Shown in pieces: positions 1 through 17,255 of a DNA stretch of 64,000 bases (position 1 is the stretch's first letter; every line of letters begins with the position of its first letter). The notes beneath the pieces are model-generated. The model saw only the letters and a program-made list of their open reading frames with translations, was not told the DNA's origin and searched no databases. Source of the DNA: Takakia lepidozioides (lineage: Eukaryota; Plantae; Bryophyta); contig CM060731.1 of the NCBI GenBank assembly GCA_030704615.1, positions 5,332,001 through 5,396,000 on the forward strand. The letters run 5' to 3'. The translations under genes and the position numbers were made by a program.

Positions 1-202
1 GCTCCACACTTCACACTTTGACAGTCAGTTCACTTTTATTATTTGACCAAAAGCTGAAACACCTTTCCCATGAAAGCATGTGAGAGAGGGATGGGCTTGG
101 GGAAAATGCTTAGCACACGTCTTGGTCCTCCATATTTGTTGTGCATGAACAACATTCAATATATGAGTCAGTTTGCAAGAAAACACAAATGGCGGCGTAA
201 AC

Positions 203-2217
<2,015 letters not shown>

Positions 2218-2403
2218 TCACGTGTTATATGTACATTGGCTTCCATACTTTTTTTCATCCCTGGGGCAGCATTGTGCATCCTCCATGCTGTGTGGGCAAT
2301 TCTTCGCCCCAAAAATTTCTCTCTCGAAAGACCGCGAGAAATGTCATTGCGCTCAATTCTTTGCTTCGGATCTAGCGAAGGATAAGGACAACAGTTGTGG
2401 GCG

Positions 2404-3516
2404 ATGGCGACAGAGGCCAGGCAGGCCCCCATAGTGATACCCAAATCGTGCAAGGGCCTTGCAATCGAGCTCGTCAAGTGCCTCCGTGGATCCCCCTGCA
2501 TCAAGGTATGGCAGCACGTTGCCCTACCCGTCGTATGTCTCTTTGTTGGGCGAGGGAAAGCAGCGTGTGATGTACTCTACAGATTCTGCACATTCAAAGG
2601 GTTGAATAGTCTTTGAATTTGATGCTCTGCTGCTTGGGCGCCTTTAGCTTGTCCACAACGGATTGTTCCTCAATGCAAGCTGTAAAAGACATGCATTCAG
2701 TTCTGAGCCACTGTAATTTGAGGCTTACTCACAAGACGGTTCAGACCATATGTTATAAGCGAGTCAAAATGTCTAAGATGGAAGTGGAATCAGCTAGGAT
2801 TAGAATAACTATTTGCTTTAACTAGCTCAAGTCTTATCACAGCTTGTCTGTTCACTTTTCTTGCTGAATTTCCAGCTTCCAGTTACTTTGAAAGATTGAG
2901 CTGAAACCCCTTGGACTCTTTTCCCTATTACCTTCCTTTTGTACCTCTGCTCCTTGTTCTTCTCTCTGTCCCGCTCCACTTTAAGCGTCCCCAGAAGGTT
3001 ACCTGGCAACAAGCATGGTCTAATGAGTTTCTCAATTCACTTAGTAGTCAGAGAAATTCATTCACATGATCGGCAGTAAATAGAGGAGGTTTGAAGCACA
3101 TATGGCAAATTATAGAGTCAAGATATAAGATAATTTCCAGTGATTAAAGGCCAGTATTGGCCGTGGACACACTCAGAGAGCTCCCACCCTGCGTGCTACA
3201 AAAGATAACATTAGATACTTGGACTGCTTCTATGGTAGGTTCCATCAATATATTTGGGACAGTGGTAGTGCCCAGACTCCCCTGTGGTCAGAATGTCACT
3301 AATTTGCTGCCTGTTCAAAGAGGTTGAACAGTGCAACTCGTCTTATCGCATGTGTGCATGGGAGAGGGACTCCAGGAAGAGAAACGGTCGTACAAGGATT
3401 GCGCACTGGATAAAAGTGCAAGTGGCCCATCTGATTGTGCAGACTTGCAGGATACCTACTTTGAATGCAAACGTGAGCAGGTTGTAAGGGCGCCTAATGT
3501 GTTTGCAAGCTTTTGA
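2404..3516 (+). CDS. COA5: Cytochrome c oxidase assembly factor 5 / PET191-like twin CX9C protein; 3' end uncertain
   Basis: Exon 2404-2505 MATEARQAPIVIPKSCKGLAIELVKCLRGSPCIK (GT donor 2506) plus exon from 3376 EEKRSYKDCALDKSASGPSDCADLQDTYFECKREQ. Two CX9C motifs match plant PET191 (KSCKGLAxELVKCL...TYFxCKR). The usual VDMRARIRGNKGY tail was not found. Confidence 0.8.
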
Positions 3517-5372
3517 GATGTGTGAGGTCTACAACTAATGAAACTGCACCTGCCTGATAGGCCATCGGTAGATTTTTATTGGGGCTCTTTCGTATGACTG
3601 AACATGGTGCTTATTTGGCAATCACATGCTCTTAGCTTGTATCATGAAAGGACACATTTTAGTATGTATGAAGTTACATTCAGTTCGGAACCATTTTGAT
3701 TGTTATGCTGACACAGTTCTTATATTACGCAGCTGCAGGAGCTTCAGTTCTTACATTGCTCATATGGAAGACTAACATGTGTATCAGTGTCGTCCAGGTT
3801 TCACTTGTAGTGAAGGAAAGATTCCGTCAGGATCCAGAGGAATTTGCAATAAGGGAGGGATTTATTCAGAGGTCCCGACAAGTTTAGATTTAGACCAGAT
3901 TCTGGAGGTACCAAAATGTCAGCCTTGGATGGTATGTGTATTCTCCCCCCGGAGACCTTTACTTCCCTGCTCTGTTGTAATGTATAGTGTTTTGGGGATG
4001 TCTCCTACCACAGTACGGTTTTAGTGAGAATGTTGATTCTTATGCTGTTTACAAACCTGAGCTTTTGACAACTTGCCAACTGAGATCAGAGTTCTGAGTT
4101 CGGCAGAGGTCGTGGTCCAGATCTCCTCCATGTAAACTGCTCGAATGACCAGGGTTACAAACACTCCTCTCTGGCTGCGTGGTTTTGCGGGCACTCTTGT
4201 GAAGTTTATATCAGGTTTTTTACTTCAAACCTTTGAGACGTGTGTCCCCCTGCATTTCAACCTAAAGTCAACGATAACAGTGTGAGTGTATAGAACACGT
4301 CAATTCTTGGTGTGCTGGTGATACAGCTGGAAGATTCAACGATTCTACTTCAGAGGACCGTCACTGATTAACTTATTTGGGAGAAGGGAACTCATTCGCT
4401 GGAAGTGAAGAATTGATGGCCATTAGACCCAGGCCTTATGCTGAAAGAATTGAGCTTAGCATTTGAGCCTAGCATTCTCATAGAAGATAGGAAAGTAATC
4501 ACAGATAAGTTCAGGTGGTATGGTATGGTAACTGCGTTATCATGCCAATATCCTTAGCTTTTGAAGATTACGCGATGCGATTTAGTAATGTGCACCATTG
4601 CATCCTGAGTAGAGTTGGTTTGGAAGTTTGAAGCTGTCAAAGCCTTCGTCACAATCATCAATCACTATCACCAGCCCTTGGAACTCCACTCTTGGTTTGT
4701 GTGCTTATCCTGACATTCCTTATCCAGAATGCCAAAAACGCACACACTTGAAGAAGCGCGTTAGTTCTACAATTCTGGTATCCTTCTGCACTACCAATTG
4801 TTTCAGAAATAGTTTCTCACAAGAATTGCTTTTCATCTCCCATAAATTGGGACCCACTTCCTTTGACATGCAGTAGCGGATAGCTCTACAGCACTACAGC
4901 TCACTGCATCAATTCACTAGGGTGTGCAAACGTGCAAACCAAAGTATGCATGCAAATACTGCACATGGTTCATTACTTCAAGATGTCTGATAGTGCAAGT
5001 GCATTCCCTACTCCATTGGTGCTCAACCAATAAAGACAGGAACTCCTGAAGTTGTCATTGGCCAATGAAATAGTGTACGGAGTAATGGTGCCATTTTTAC
5101 TTTCCACTTACTCGTAATTACACCGGCGTGGGTACTCACCAACATCAATTCCGAAGACAATCTACCAAACTCGCCCAAGTGGTTCACCCTGATCCCCTGG
5201 CTTGGGGACAAAGCTGGCAGACAGGCACCCTAGTTCCTGAGTTATGCGAGTTCTAGTGAATCCCCATTATGAAATGAATTGAATTATCAATATGCATGGC
5301 CAGCATCAGGGTCTCCGCAACAGAATCGAATTATTACGAATACAGAGAGCTTCTGGTTGACTGAATTAAAGT

Positions 5373-8300
5373 TTATAAGGATCGTGCTGGTGGAACTGAT
5401 AGAAGTACAGACAGAATATCGCCCATGGTCCGAGCATCGCCGTCATGCTGGGCTGCCAAGGCTTCCCGTCCCCCAGACTCCAGCACTGCAGCATCCAATA
5501 CCAACTTCTGTCGGGCAATATTAAAAATGCTCTCATCTACTGTCCCCTTTGTCACAAGCCTGCACAGTACATCAGGCACACAGTAAGGATTTGAGTCTAT
5601 GCAAATACCGAGTCTCCCAGATCCAGACCTTTCTCTTCCCTTGCCACTGCTTGTAAGCCATTGCTACTCTGGAGAGATATATGTAACTAAAAGCCCGGAC
5701 ACACTTCCGAAACACTGGGAACAGGCCATGTAAATTGTTTGTCTTCACAGGATGATGGTAATGGTCATTGACATTCACCAGAAGAATTAGGAGTCAGGTA
5801 GACATCACCCCGATCAGAAATCCCATCCGAAGACAATACATGACAATGAGACTTTACTCATGCACAACTGATCTATCATTTTGACAAAGCTAGATTCACA
5901 GTGAATCAAAGCTAGTTTCAGTACTTTGGAAACACTACTAATGAATGATTCCTAAGGTACCAAACCACACTGACCGGTAGACGGTAACAGGTCTTGATTG
6001 TCCGATGCGATGGCAACGGTCCTCAGCTTGCCGGTCCATTTGTGGGTTGAAGTCAACATCATGGATGATAACTGTATCTGCCCCAGTCAAATTCAGACCT
6101 TGGCCTCCAGCACGTGTTGATAAAAGAAATGCAAAAATGTCGGAATTGTTGTTGTATCTATCCACAATATTTTGCCGCTCCGTCACCTGGGTGCTGATTG
6201 AATGCACATTTGGAAGCAACTTGTAAGTCAGTAGAGTGGTGCACTCTTTAGTTTGCAGAATGTCTTTCAATACATATTCAATGACCTTTGTGCAACAGGT
6301 TCATTCACAATTCCCAAATTGGAATTTCCATGAGAAAGTGACCAAGATAGGCATAGGACTCAAGTCAGAACTCCTAAGATGCTACAGTTTGCCAGAGGAT
6401 CATCACCAACAGATCTAGAGTCACCAAACCAAGTGACAAAAGAAAACAAGCGATTCTACCTTCCATCAAGACGAGTGTGACTGAATCCCATTACATCCAG
6501 TGCCCACTCAAGGATATCTAGCATGTTTGTCCACTGGCTGAAGATCAAAGGGCGGTGTCCTTCGCGCTGCAACTTCGGCAGAAGCCTGACCAAAGCCTGC
6601 ACAGGAGATAATCTTGACTGTAAAAGAAGATTGAACGTTTCTACAAGAGTCGAAGTGCAAAGTTCCATTCAAATATCCTTTGGGCATCCACCAACTGAGA
6701 CTTTGATAAGTAATTTCCAATTCACTGACCTGGCACTTGGCTGAATTCAGCACATGATTGTCACTAAGCTTCCCTTGCCCACCACCACCAGGAACACCCC
6801 CATATGCAACGCACAGCTGCAGCCCCATCAACAGAGAGAAATGCCATTGTGTCACTATAAACAGATTAGGATTACATGTAATGTTTCATATGCACTATGG
6901 AAATAAATTTAATTTAGTTTTGTTCCCTCCCTTTACAAAAGGAAAGGATTTGAAAACTCATCCCACCAGAAGCCCTTTACTTCCAGTGAGGCAGTTTTAC
7001 AACCGCATGCCCAAAGAAACAGACATTATCACCTCAATATGCAAAGAGACAGTACACAGCCACAAGAACACATTCCAGAGCCACTTATTGTGGTGTCGTA
7101 CATCAAGGTGTCCATTATCACTTCAACCTTTGAAGCAGAGAAGCCCTACACTACACTGCACCGCTACATCAGAATGCAGATACATTCTTGGGAACTTCAA
7201 TTACAAATGCAGTTCCAAACCTCCCAGTTACTGTCATAGCTGCTCTAAACAAAGTAATCTTCAAGATTACGAGTCAGCTGCAAGAGCTAGAGTTATGCCT
7301 AACTTCCCGTGCGACGAAGTTTCTTGATGGTCAAGCCATGGAGTGGAGGAGGTTATAACATCGAAAAAGAGGGGCACGAGGAAAGAAAACCATTGAAACA
7401 GCCACAGGGGGCCCACAGAAGGACAAAGCAAACGTAAACTATAAATGAATGAGAACTTCATAGCTTGGTGGAGGCATGTTCTTTAAAGAAGAGACGGTCA
7501 ATTTTGCAAACAAAAGCACATGGAGCAACCGTGGCCTGGAGTTCTCATTCGATCTTAGAAACACAAGTCATAAGTGAACGGTATGATAGACCCTTAGTCT
7601 CCTATACAAATTCCAAAAAGGTGAAAACAACATACAGTGGCAGAAAGCAAAACACAGATAATGGGACAGGCAAACATGACTTAGCGATGAGCATACAGAC
7701 TTTGTGAAGAGAGAAATCGCTGTAGGTATTCAGTTCTTCCTCGACCCGCTCAGCTGTGCATTCATGCCCAAAAACACCCAATGGGTGGAATTTCTTGGCC
7801 AATCGCTTTACAGTATCATCAGTGTAAATGCGTCGTACTAGCAAGGGGTGATTACCAAGCTGCAAACCACTTCACCACATGAGTGCTGTCCTTGTTGCAC
7901 CAGGTGGTGTACCAGTGTAACTTCAAAACAAAACTTGAAAATCATATCGTCACAACTAAATGGACGGTTTAGTTAGTTCACATTTTCTAGGATAGAAGGT
8001 GGCAATTGAGAAAACCATTTACCACCTGAGCAATATCCCAGACAGTCCTATCTTTCTGACACAGGAAACTCACATCAAAACTCCTGCACTTTCTAATAGA
8101 GAGGAAAAGCTCCACTTAAATCCAGAGTCTTGTATTAGAAGCAATCCCGGCAGCCAAGTAACAACACCTAAAAATCACTTGGAATAAAGTCACAGTCAAG
8201 TACTTTATCACCACCTCCTGCAAACAGCATCAATCAGAGGACTATTCGTTTGTCAACTTCTCACCTTCCTTAATTGTGTGAAGATACTGGAGACTTGTTT

Positions 8301-11300
8301 ACGAGGAAGAACATCTACAACGCTCATGGATACTACTTTTGCTGATTTTGATGCTTTAGCTGCACGGGCAGCCATGGCAAGAGCACGGTACTCCTCCACT
8401 GCCTCCTTGTATGCGACCGCCTGGTCGTCCAGCATTTCCACACACTCCACCTGCAAATCAAAGCAAGGAACTTATGTGATTTTCATGATCTCAAAAACTT
8501 GAAGCATGATTCTCTGCCAAGAGAGTTGGACAAGAGAGCTAGATGGGTTGTGCATTGAGGATTCTTGTGGGAAAAGGCTCACACAAACTTTCCAAGTCTG
8601 ACATGGACAAGCTCATAAAGGCCGGCTCCAGAAAAACTGTTAATTCCATAGAAGTCACCATTTTAAAGCACCCACCACCCATGATAGTCATTAAATTTAG
8701 TCATAACATCACACAGCTTCATTCTACTAGCATCTGTTTCTCCTAGAAGTAGCAGTCAGAATCTCCACTGCCTGGAGTAAGGACATGGACGAGGCGATCA
8801 CAGCATACTGCAAGGAAAATAGTAGAGCATACATATGCGATTAGGCACAAGAGTGTCAACTTCCTATCGAACCTGTCAAAGTATTCTAGAAGTGGTCATC
8901 TGGGCTTCTGCTGTGCAGAATGAACCAAAGAGGCCAAGGGGTCGTCTATTATTACAGGTAACAGAGTAGGCTTCGTATAGTGAGGGGAATCAGCCACCAA
9001 TGAAACATACACAGGGAAACAGACCTGCTGAATCTTCGCCACAAGCTGGCGCATTACATCACTTTTAAGCCGTCGCAACACAAAAGGTCCTAGTATGCCT
9101 TTGATGCGAGATATCAGATCCCTGTCTTGCATTAGAATCCCGGTGGTGTTATTCCTAGTACCGAGAAACTGGTCCAAGTCAACGCCATCAGTGTTGAACA
9201 GATCTGGCATAATGAATTCCAAGAGTGACCACAGTTCCTGGCAGTACACAGAGGAGGCTAGTGAAAAACAGAGAATATTATTGTTGAAATTGCATTTGTT
9301 TAAAAAAGAAAGGGGGACTGCTATGACCGACACGAGGATTCCTCTGCTGCCAATAAGTCTACCAGTCTGCTGTACAGGGGTAGGGCTGTGAAACTTGTCC
9401 AACTTGACCTGCCTGACAAGCTGCAATACCTGCAAGTCATTTTGGAGCGGTGTCCCAGTTAGCATCAACCGCTGTTTTGCCGCATGTGCAATACGCCGCA
9501 AATGCTTGGTGCGGAGGCTGCTCCGGTCCTTCAAGAGATGTGCCTCATCCATGAGCACACAGCTCCATTTCCATCTCTTGAGAAATTTGCGATCATCTTT
9601 GGATTGGGTACTGCCAGCACAAATATGCAGAACACTAAGAAATCTCCCCCCCTTTAGACTTTTGCAAGTTCCTAGGGTAGCAAAGACAAAGAAGAAAGAA
9701 AAAGGGAACAAGACAGATGACGAGACAGCCAGAAATTGAAAATTAAATATCACTGCCCATAGAACTAATCCAACATGCAACAAGAATGGCAAAGCCCATC
9801 AGACATCTTGGAATCCACTAACCTCCGTTTCTCAAAGAGAGAATAACAAGTCAGCATCACATTGAAAGGTGTGGGTCCCTTGCCCTTTGACGCTCGATGC
9901 AGCTTATCATTCAATACGGCCCTCTCTGCACCATGGTAAAGGACAACTGAGAAGGACGGGCACCATTTCTTGAGCTCTCTTTGCCAGTTTTCCAGGAGGG
10001 AGGCTGGAGCTACCAGGAGATGAGGACCCGAGTCTCCATCCAGGTGTTTTAAAAGTGCCAGAAAGGCAACTGCCTGCATGCACATTAACCATAAGTCACC
10101 CAAATTATGCAGATACTCACTATCAAAGCCCATTCTTAATGGAGAAAACATTGCCAATGAAGTTGAAGCACTGCCTCAATTAAATTGACCTTTCCTCAGC
10201 AGCAGAAGTTTCATACTTTGCATCCAGTTCTATACTGGATTCATGTAAGACAAATCTTCAACCCCTCCAATATAATATTCACAGGGCCACCTATCGAGAT
10301 AGATATCTGTCCAATGGTTTCTATGCCTTCAGCCCGTCTGGCAGGTATGCACCAATTCTTGCGAAAAGAGACTACAAGGAGTTCATCCAGATCAGCAGAG
10401 AATGAGAGGCTGGTGGTTAATGTCAATGTGTGACTCAATCCATATCCATTTGGTACTCCAGTCGTGAATTCTTAACGGAGTTCACTGCCAGGCAAGGCCT
10501 GCTCAGAATATGACTATTTGTGGAGGGTGAACATCTACCTGGAAATTGTGACCACAGGAATTTGCAACCCCGATTGAAGGAAAACTTTAGCATGTGTGCA
10601 GGGGAACATGATGGAACCAACCTGAACAGTCTTGCCAAGCCCCATTTCATCGGCCAGAATAGCTGTAACACGAACAACCCTGCATCAGCAGACTGCAAAA
10701 CTAGAGTCTGAGATGCCATATAAGGCTCCCTCTGTTTCTGTGAAACCTAGGACAAAATCAAATTATTAACATCACAGACAATCAGATCAAGCAGCATACT
10801 CCCTACAACATGGGGTATATTTGTTCAATGGAAGAAATGCTATGTCACATTCTATCCACATTCCAAAACGAGCATGATGCTACAGAAAGCAATCAAACCT
10901 CACAAACTCTGTAGACTCATTGAGTGAGGTGGCAAATGCAGAGAGAATTTCAAAAGGGTCCATCTGCTGCTACAGATCTCACAAACATACTACAACATAA
11001 GAGCTCCATATCACAAGGGCCACCATGCCAATGCATTATAAGGGAATACAGCTGCTTGCTTGTATGGTTGAAGTATATCTTGTTGCAAAGGCCTTCGCGA
11101 AGAATCCATGGTCAAATTAGTGGTCATCACTCTAGTGCATTTGAAGGTGAGTAGGGGGCTTTTATATCCAGGAACACCTTTAATGAATAGTTGATGAAGA
11201 GATGATCCTTCACATACTGGTTGCCACCTCCATGTGCTATGGAAGAACTAAAATTGAAGTGGCAGTGGTAAACTGGCCTCCGATGACACCTCAGACAGCT

Positions 11301-12700
11301 GCATGGTTATAAAACTATGGTCTGGAGAACTTCATTGGAAAGGTACTTTTGTTTACTCTCTCCCTCACAATTGCACACGGTGTGGGCTTTTGCTTCAGAA
11401 GATCAGCAGAAAAGAGTTTTTCGTTTTCTCTCTCTCTTTCACATTGTGTACTGTGTTATATACTTCCAAGCAAAGCATACCTCCTCCAACATTTTTTCGA
11501 TGCAGCAAAAACATGAAGTTGACCCCAACAAGCTGGTAAGGCTTCAGCACACGCTGTGCATCATCTTCAGCAATACCGCAGGCCGCACACACATCTGCCT
11601 GGTAACCAAACACAATGCTTAAAAGAGAAGAATCAGGCGTATCCTAGCTCATTGATTATAGACTCCACAAACACCTGGAGTAAGGTAGAACCTCATTAGA
11701 AGTTCCAATGACACACGAAAGAGTAGCTTGCATGTCCAGATTTCATTTTCAATCGAGCTTGCAGTTAACGATACCAAATCTTATTTTCTCTGCCAGCTGA
11801 TTCGACCCAATCAAACAAACATCCACCCACTTCAAATGAAACGAATCTAACATCGGAGCCCAATAACTTTCGTAGAGTCTAGAGTCACGCAGAGTGTGTG
11901 GAGAAGAAGACAGTGCTTGCAGTCCAGACCTGGGTCACAATTTTAGCCGCGGATGCATCAACCTCTGCATATCGGTCGGCATTCACCACACCACCTGCCG
12001 AGCTACTGGCATGCAAATCTTGGCGGAGAGTAGCAGCAATGCGATCACATTTCTGCAGTGTGGCAGTTATGGGGTTGTGCTGTGACCCTGCCTTCGAACA
12101 CGCCAATATTTGAAGGTCGGGTTCAGCTGTTCCGTACTCCTCTTGCTGGAGCTTCCTAGCAAGAGATTCGTCATCCATGCAGTGGAAACTGCTTCGTGCA
12201 GGAGCCAAACCCCGAGTCTTTGCTGTGGCAGAGACCTCCCTCGAACTTCGTTTTCGTTTATCCTCCATGGGATCAAAATCTTCATCGTCGCTATCGTCTA
12301 CGGCGTGGTAGCGCCTGCGCCGGCGCTTGCTACTGCCCTTTTTCGATCCCGATTTTCTCTCCTTCTCCACAGACGGGGACGGCTGCTGATTGTCTGCTTC
12401 GTGGAAATCCCTGAATTCTTCCTCAAGCTCAATTGGCGGTCGTGGTCTTTTGATGATAATTCTCGGTCTAGGCTTATACGCAAAAGACTCGAGTGGCGGG
12501 CGAGTCTTTTCAGCATCCTCTGAAACCCTAAACGGTGAACTCGAGACAGTTCTTTCTCCAACCTTGATCTTACCATTGTCATTTGCTTTGTGAAAAGCTG
12601 TCTTCGATACAGCAGGGGCTGTGCCCAGTATCCGGGATGCCCTAACCTGGTAATCTCCTTTCACTTCGTCAGCAGAGAGCTCCTCGATTTGACACCTCAT
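5373..12700 (-). CDS. CHR19: SNF2-family chromatin remodeller, SMARCAD1/Fun30/ETL1 type (CHR19-like), 12 exons, about 849 aa
   Basis: Exons 12700-11930, 11598-11481, 10662-10622, 10073-9823, 9610-9430, 9237-9025, 8450-8265, 7859-7701, 6816-6730, 6596-6460, 6193-5975, 5559-5373 (2550 nt, in frame). Motifs [51 protein letters not shown]. Confidence 0.93.
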
Positions 12701-13402
12701 CTTCTATCAATCGCCTGGGTAGTGCTTGCTACTTAAACACTGGAAAATGCCAACTGACTCCGAGTTAGAGAGAGTCATTAGAATAAGGAACTCACTACTA
12801 CAACAGATTAGCTGAGAGACCTCGGTCCAGTTCTAACCTTCTTAGCTTTCAACAAGCTTTTCTTAGCTCCATGACGACTAACACGATTCTTCTGCGAATG
12901 TGAATCACGCAATAGAAAGCATCGCCCACAACCAGAAAAAGAAAATTCGCACCCTCAATCACCGATGATGCAGGTACCAGAGTGCAAGAGATTTAAGAGA
13001 GCATGCGAGCACTCACCCACTGACCTGGACAAATATTTCTTCATGAATCTTTGTTGAACACACAAGCCGTGACCTAGCTGCAGTGACCCAAACCTCAGAA
13101 ACTAAAAACCCATCGCTGGTTGAGATGAACCTCGTCTTCGACACTCACATACCAAAGAGTCGAGGACTTTGGATGCATTAACTTAGAACGCTCAGCTCAA
13201 AACCCAGTTTTGAGCTCCACCAGACAATCTGACACCTCTACTTTATACTAGATACAATCATCTACGGACACCTCGTCGCATGGATTAGTACCTTCACAGC
13301 GGAAGGGGGACAGATGCCTCAGTAAACTCCACCTTTTTAGTCGCGTAGACCAACACGCATTTCTGAAACACTTTGCTCACGAGAATTTGAGTTTTGGACT
13401 CT

Positions 13403-13502
13403 AACCCTAATCAGTTCTCGCTGTAATAAATCTCGGAGTTCAAAAGGGGTGGGAACTGGGCTTCGAACCCATGTTCCGAAATCGGTGAGGTTCCCGCCAA
13501 AG
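13403..13502 (+). promoter_or_regulatory. Telo-box-like, site II and E2F elements in the CHR19 / PCNA-B divergent promoter
   Basis: AACCCTAA 13403-13410, TGGGCT 13457-13462 and GTTCCCGCCAAAG 13490-13502. This combination is typical of plant PCNA and S-phase promoters. Confidence 0.7.
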
Positions 13503-13562
13503 CAGACTGTGTTTCCCTCCCTTCTGTTGGAGTTGCGGGGAGGTTTATCGATATCGAGTTGA

Positions 13563-15532
<1,970 letters not shown>

Positions 15533-16894
15533 TTCTCTGCCTTTTGCAAATGGAGTATATTCGATGTCACTACCGAAGTGTAGAGGACACAGCTGTTGGT
15601 CAAAGCATTGCTGTAAATTTTTCTCCCAACTTCATCCTTTCCACCCATGAAGGTGGCTCAAGGTGATGAATTTTGAAATCAGTTAGCAACCGCAGAAGAT
15701 AGCCATAATGATTACAGAGCAAGTCACTCCTTACTGCCTCCTATCAATTATGCCCAGATGTTTATCAAGTAAGGTACTTGTTGAAGCGGATGATGAGATG
15801 TACACTAGTCTGCATTCTATGTAAGGCATGCGCTGGTTTCTTTCAAGATAAGGGCTCATCGTACATTCCATGGTATTGTTTGCTGTGGTAACTGCATGTG
15901 CTTAAGAATCTTAAAGTCTTGAAAGGAGTGCTACACCAACTGCAACATCCCTGGATGGTCTCTCAATCGCCACCCCAACAATATGCTCGTAAAATACGCG
16001 AAACTGTAAGGAAGCAAGATTTTCTTCCATCCTGCTCCTATGCATGACCCGCTCGAAATGAACCGTCCTTTCCAGTTTCACTGCTCAAGGTTAATCACAT
16101 GAGCTTCCTTCACTGCAGTCTAACTATTGATCACACAATATATTGGCATTCAATATAAAAAAGTATAGGGTAAGGCACCCCTTGGAAGGCTCTCCATGGG
16201 GAGCTGTACCCAGCCTTAAGTTCTTACGTGCTCATTGCATTAATCTACATGCGCGAGTCATCAGTACACCTTTACAATAGAACAAATACTAGTATTGATG
16301 GTAACAAAAGCACATTGTTAGTTCCCAATACTCCCTATTCTGCACTCCCTGTGGGCCCTCAAGTGCCCCTTCCTCAAGTGCCCCTACGCCTAGCATTGCT
16401 CTCACTGCAACATTTCATCTATTCCCTTCAGGTCCTTTGCATTGGGATTCACATTGTCACATGCTGTCTAGTCTCTAGCAATTTTTCAAGCTCTTGTAGG
16501 ATACGGTAGGATGTGTGTGCCCTCCAGGCACTAACCCATCCATGTTGCAAATACAACCAATATTACAGGCAATGGTAATGGGCATCCACCACACACACAA
16601 GTGCTACATATCCTACCCTGTAGCCATTTCATCTAGAACAATAACACATAATCAGATAAGCAAATCATTTGATCATTTCAACAGCTATGACTAGCTGGGC
16701 ATGGGACACAAATTCAATATAATACAAGGTGAAAGGTGGTCATAGGCCCTCTCATGCCAGAAATGGATCCTCCTATCCTAAAGGAGCTTTGATATTGCTT
16801 CTCAAAACCCCATCTTTCACTAAGGACCTGAGTATTATACACTAGGGCCACCAAATCCAAAACCAGCTACCCTGATCTAATCCGGTGCTGATTG

Positions 16895-17068
16895 AGTTGA
16901 CTTGGCTTCGCATTTAGTCCTTGAGGCTCTCTAGAAATCTGCATGATTCACCATCCTTCTAAACATAAAACCAAACTTGCTGTACAGGTTGAATTGACTT
17001 GGCTGGGCATTTAGTCCTCAAGGCTCTCTAGAAATCTGTGTGAATCACCACCCTTTGAAACATAAAAT
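16895..17068. repeat. Diverged tandem duplication, about 98-bp period, downstream of dNK
   Basis: TTGACTTGGCT..GCATTTAGTCCT..AGGCTCTCTAGAAATCTG...AAACATAAAA occurs twice (about 16897-16970 and 16995-17067). Confidence 0.8.
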
Positions 17069-17255
17069 GAGACTCACTGTACTGGTGTGTTGCCTTTACG
17101 TGGGCTGAGGTCTCGCTTTGTATTTGTACCCAAGCTGGACACTCCCCAAATGCAAGTCTTTCACCAAAATGACCGCGTCCCAAGCTCACAGCTCAAAAAT
17201 TGGAAACACCTACTTGCACAAATGAACAAGTGGATGAGCGGCTTCACATCACTGA

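Noticed and set aside
6758-7327. 189-aa plus-strand ORF
   Set aside because: Antisense to a CHR19 exon and intron, non-ATG start, no motif.
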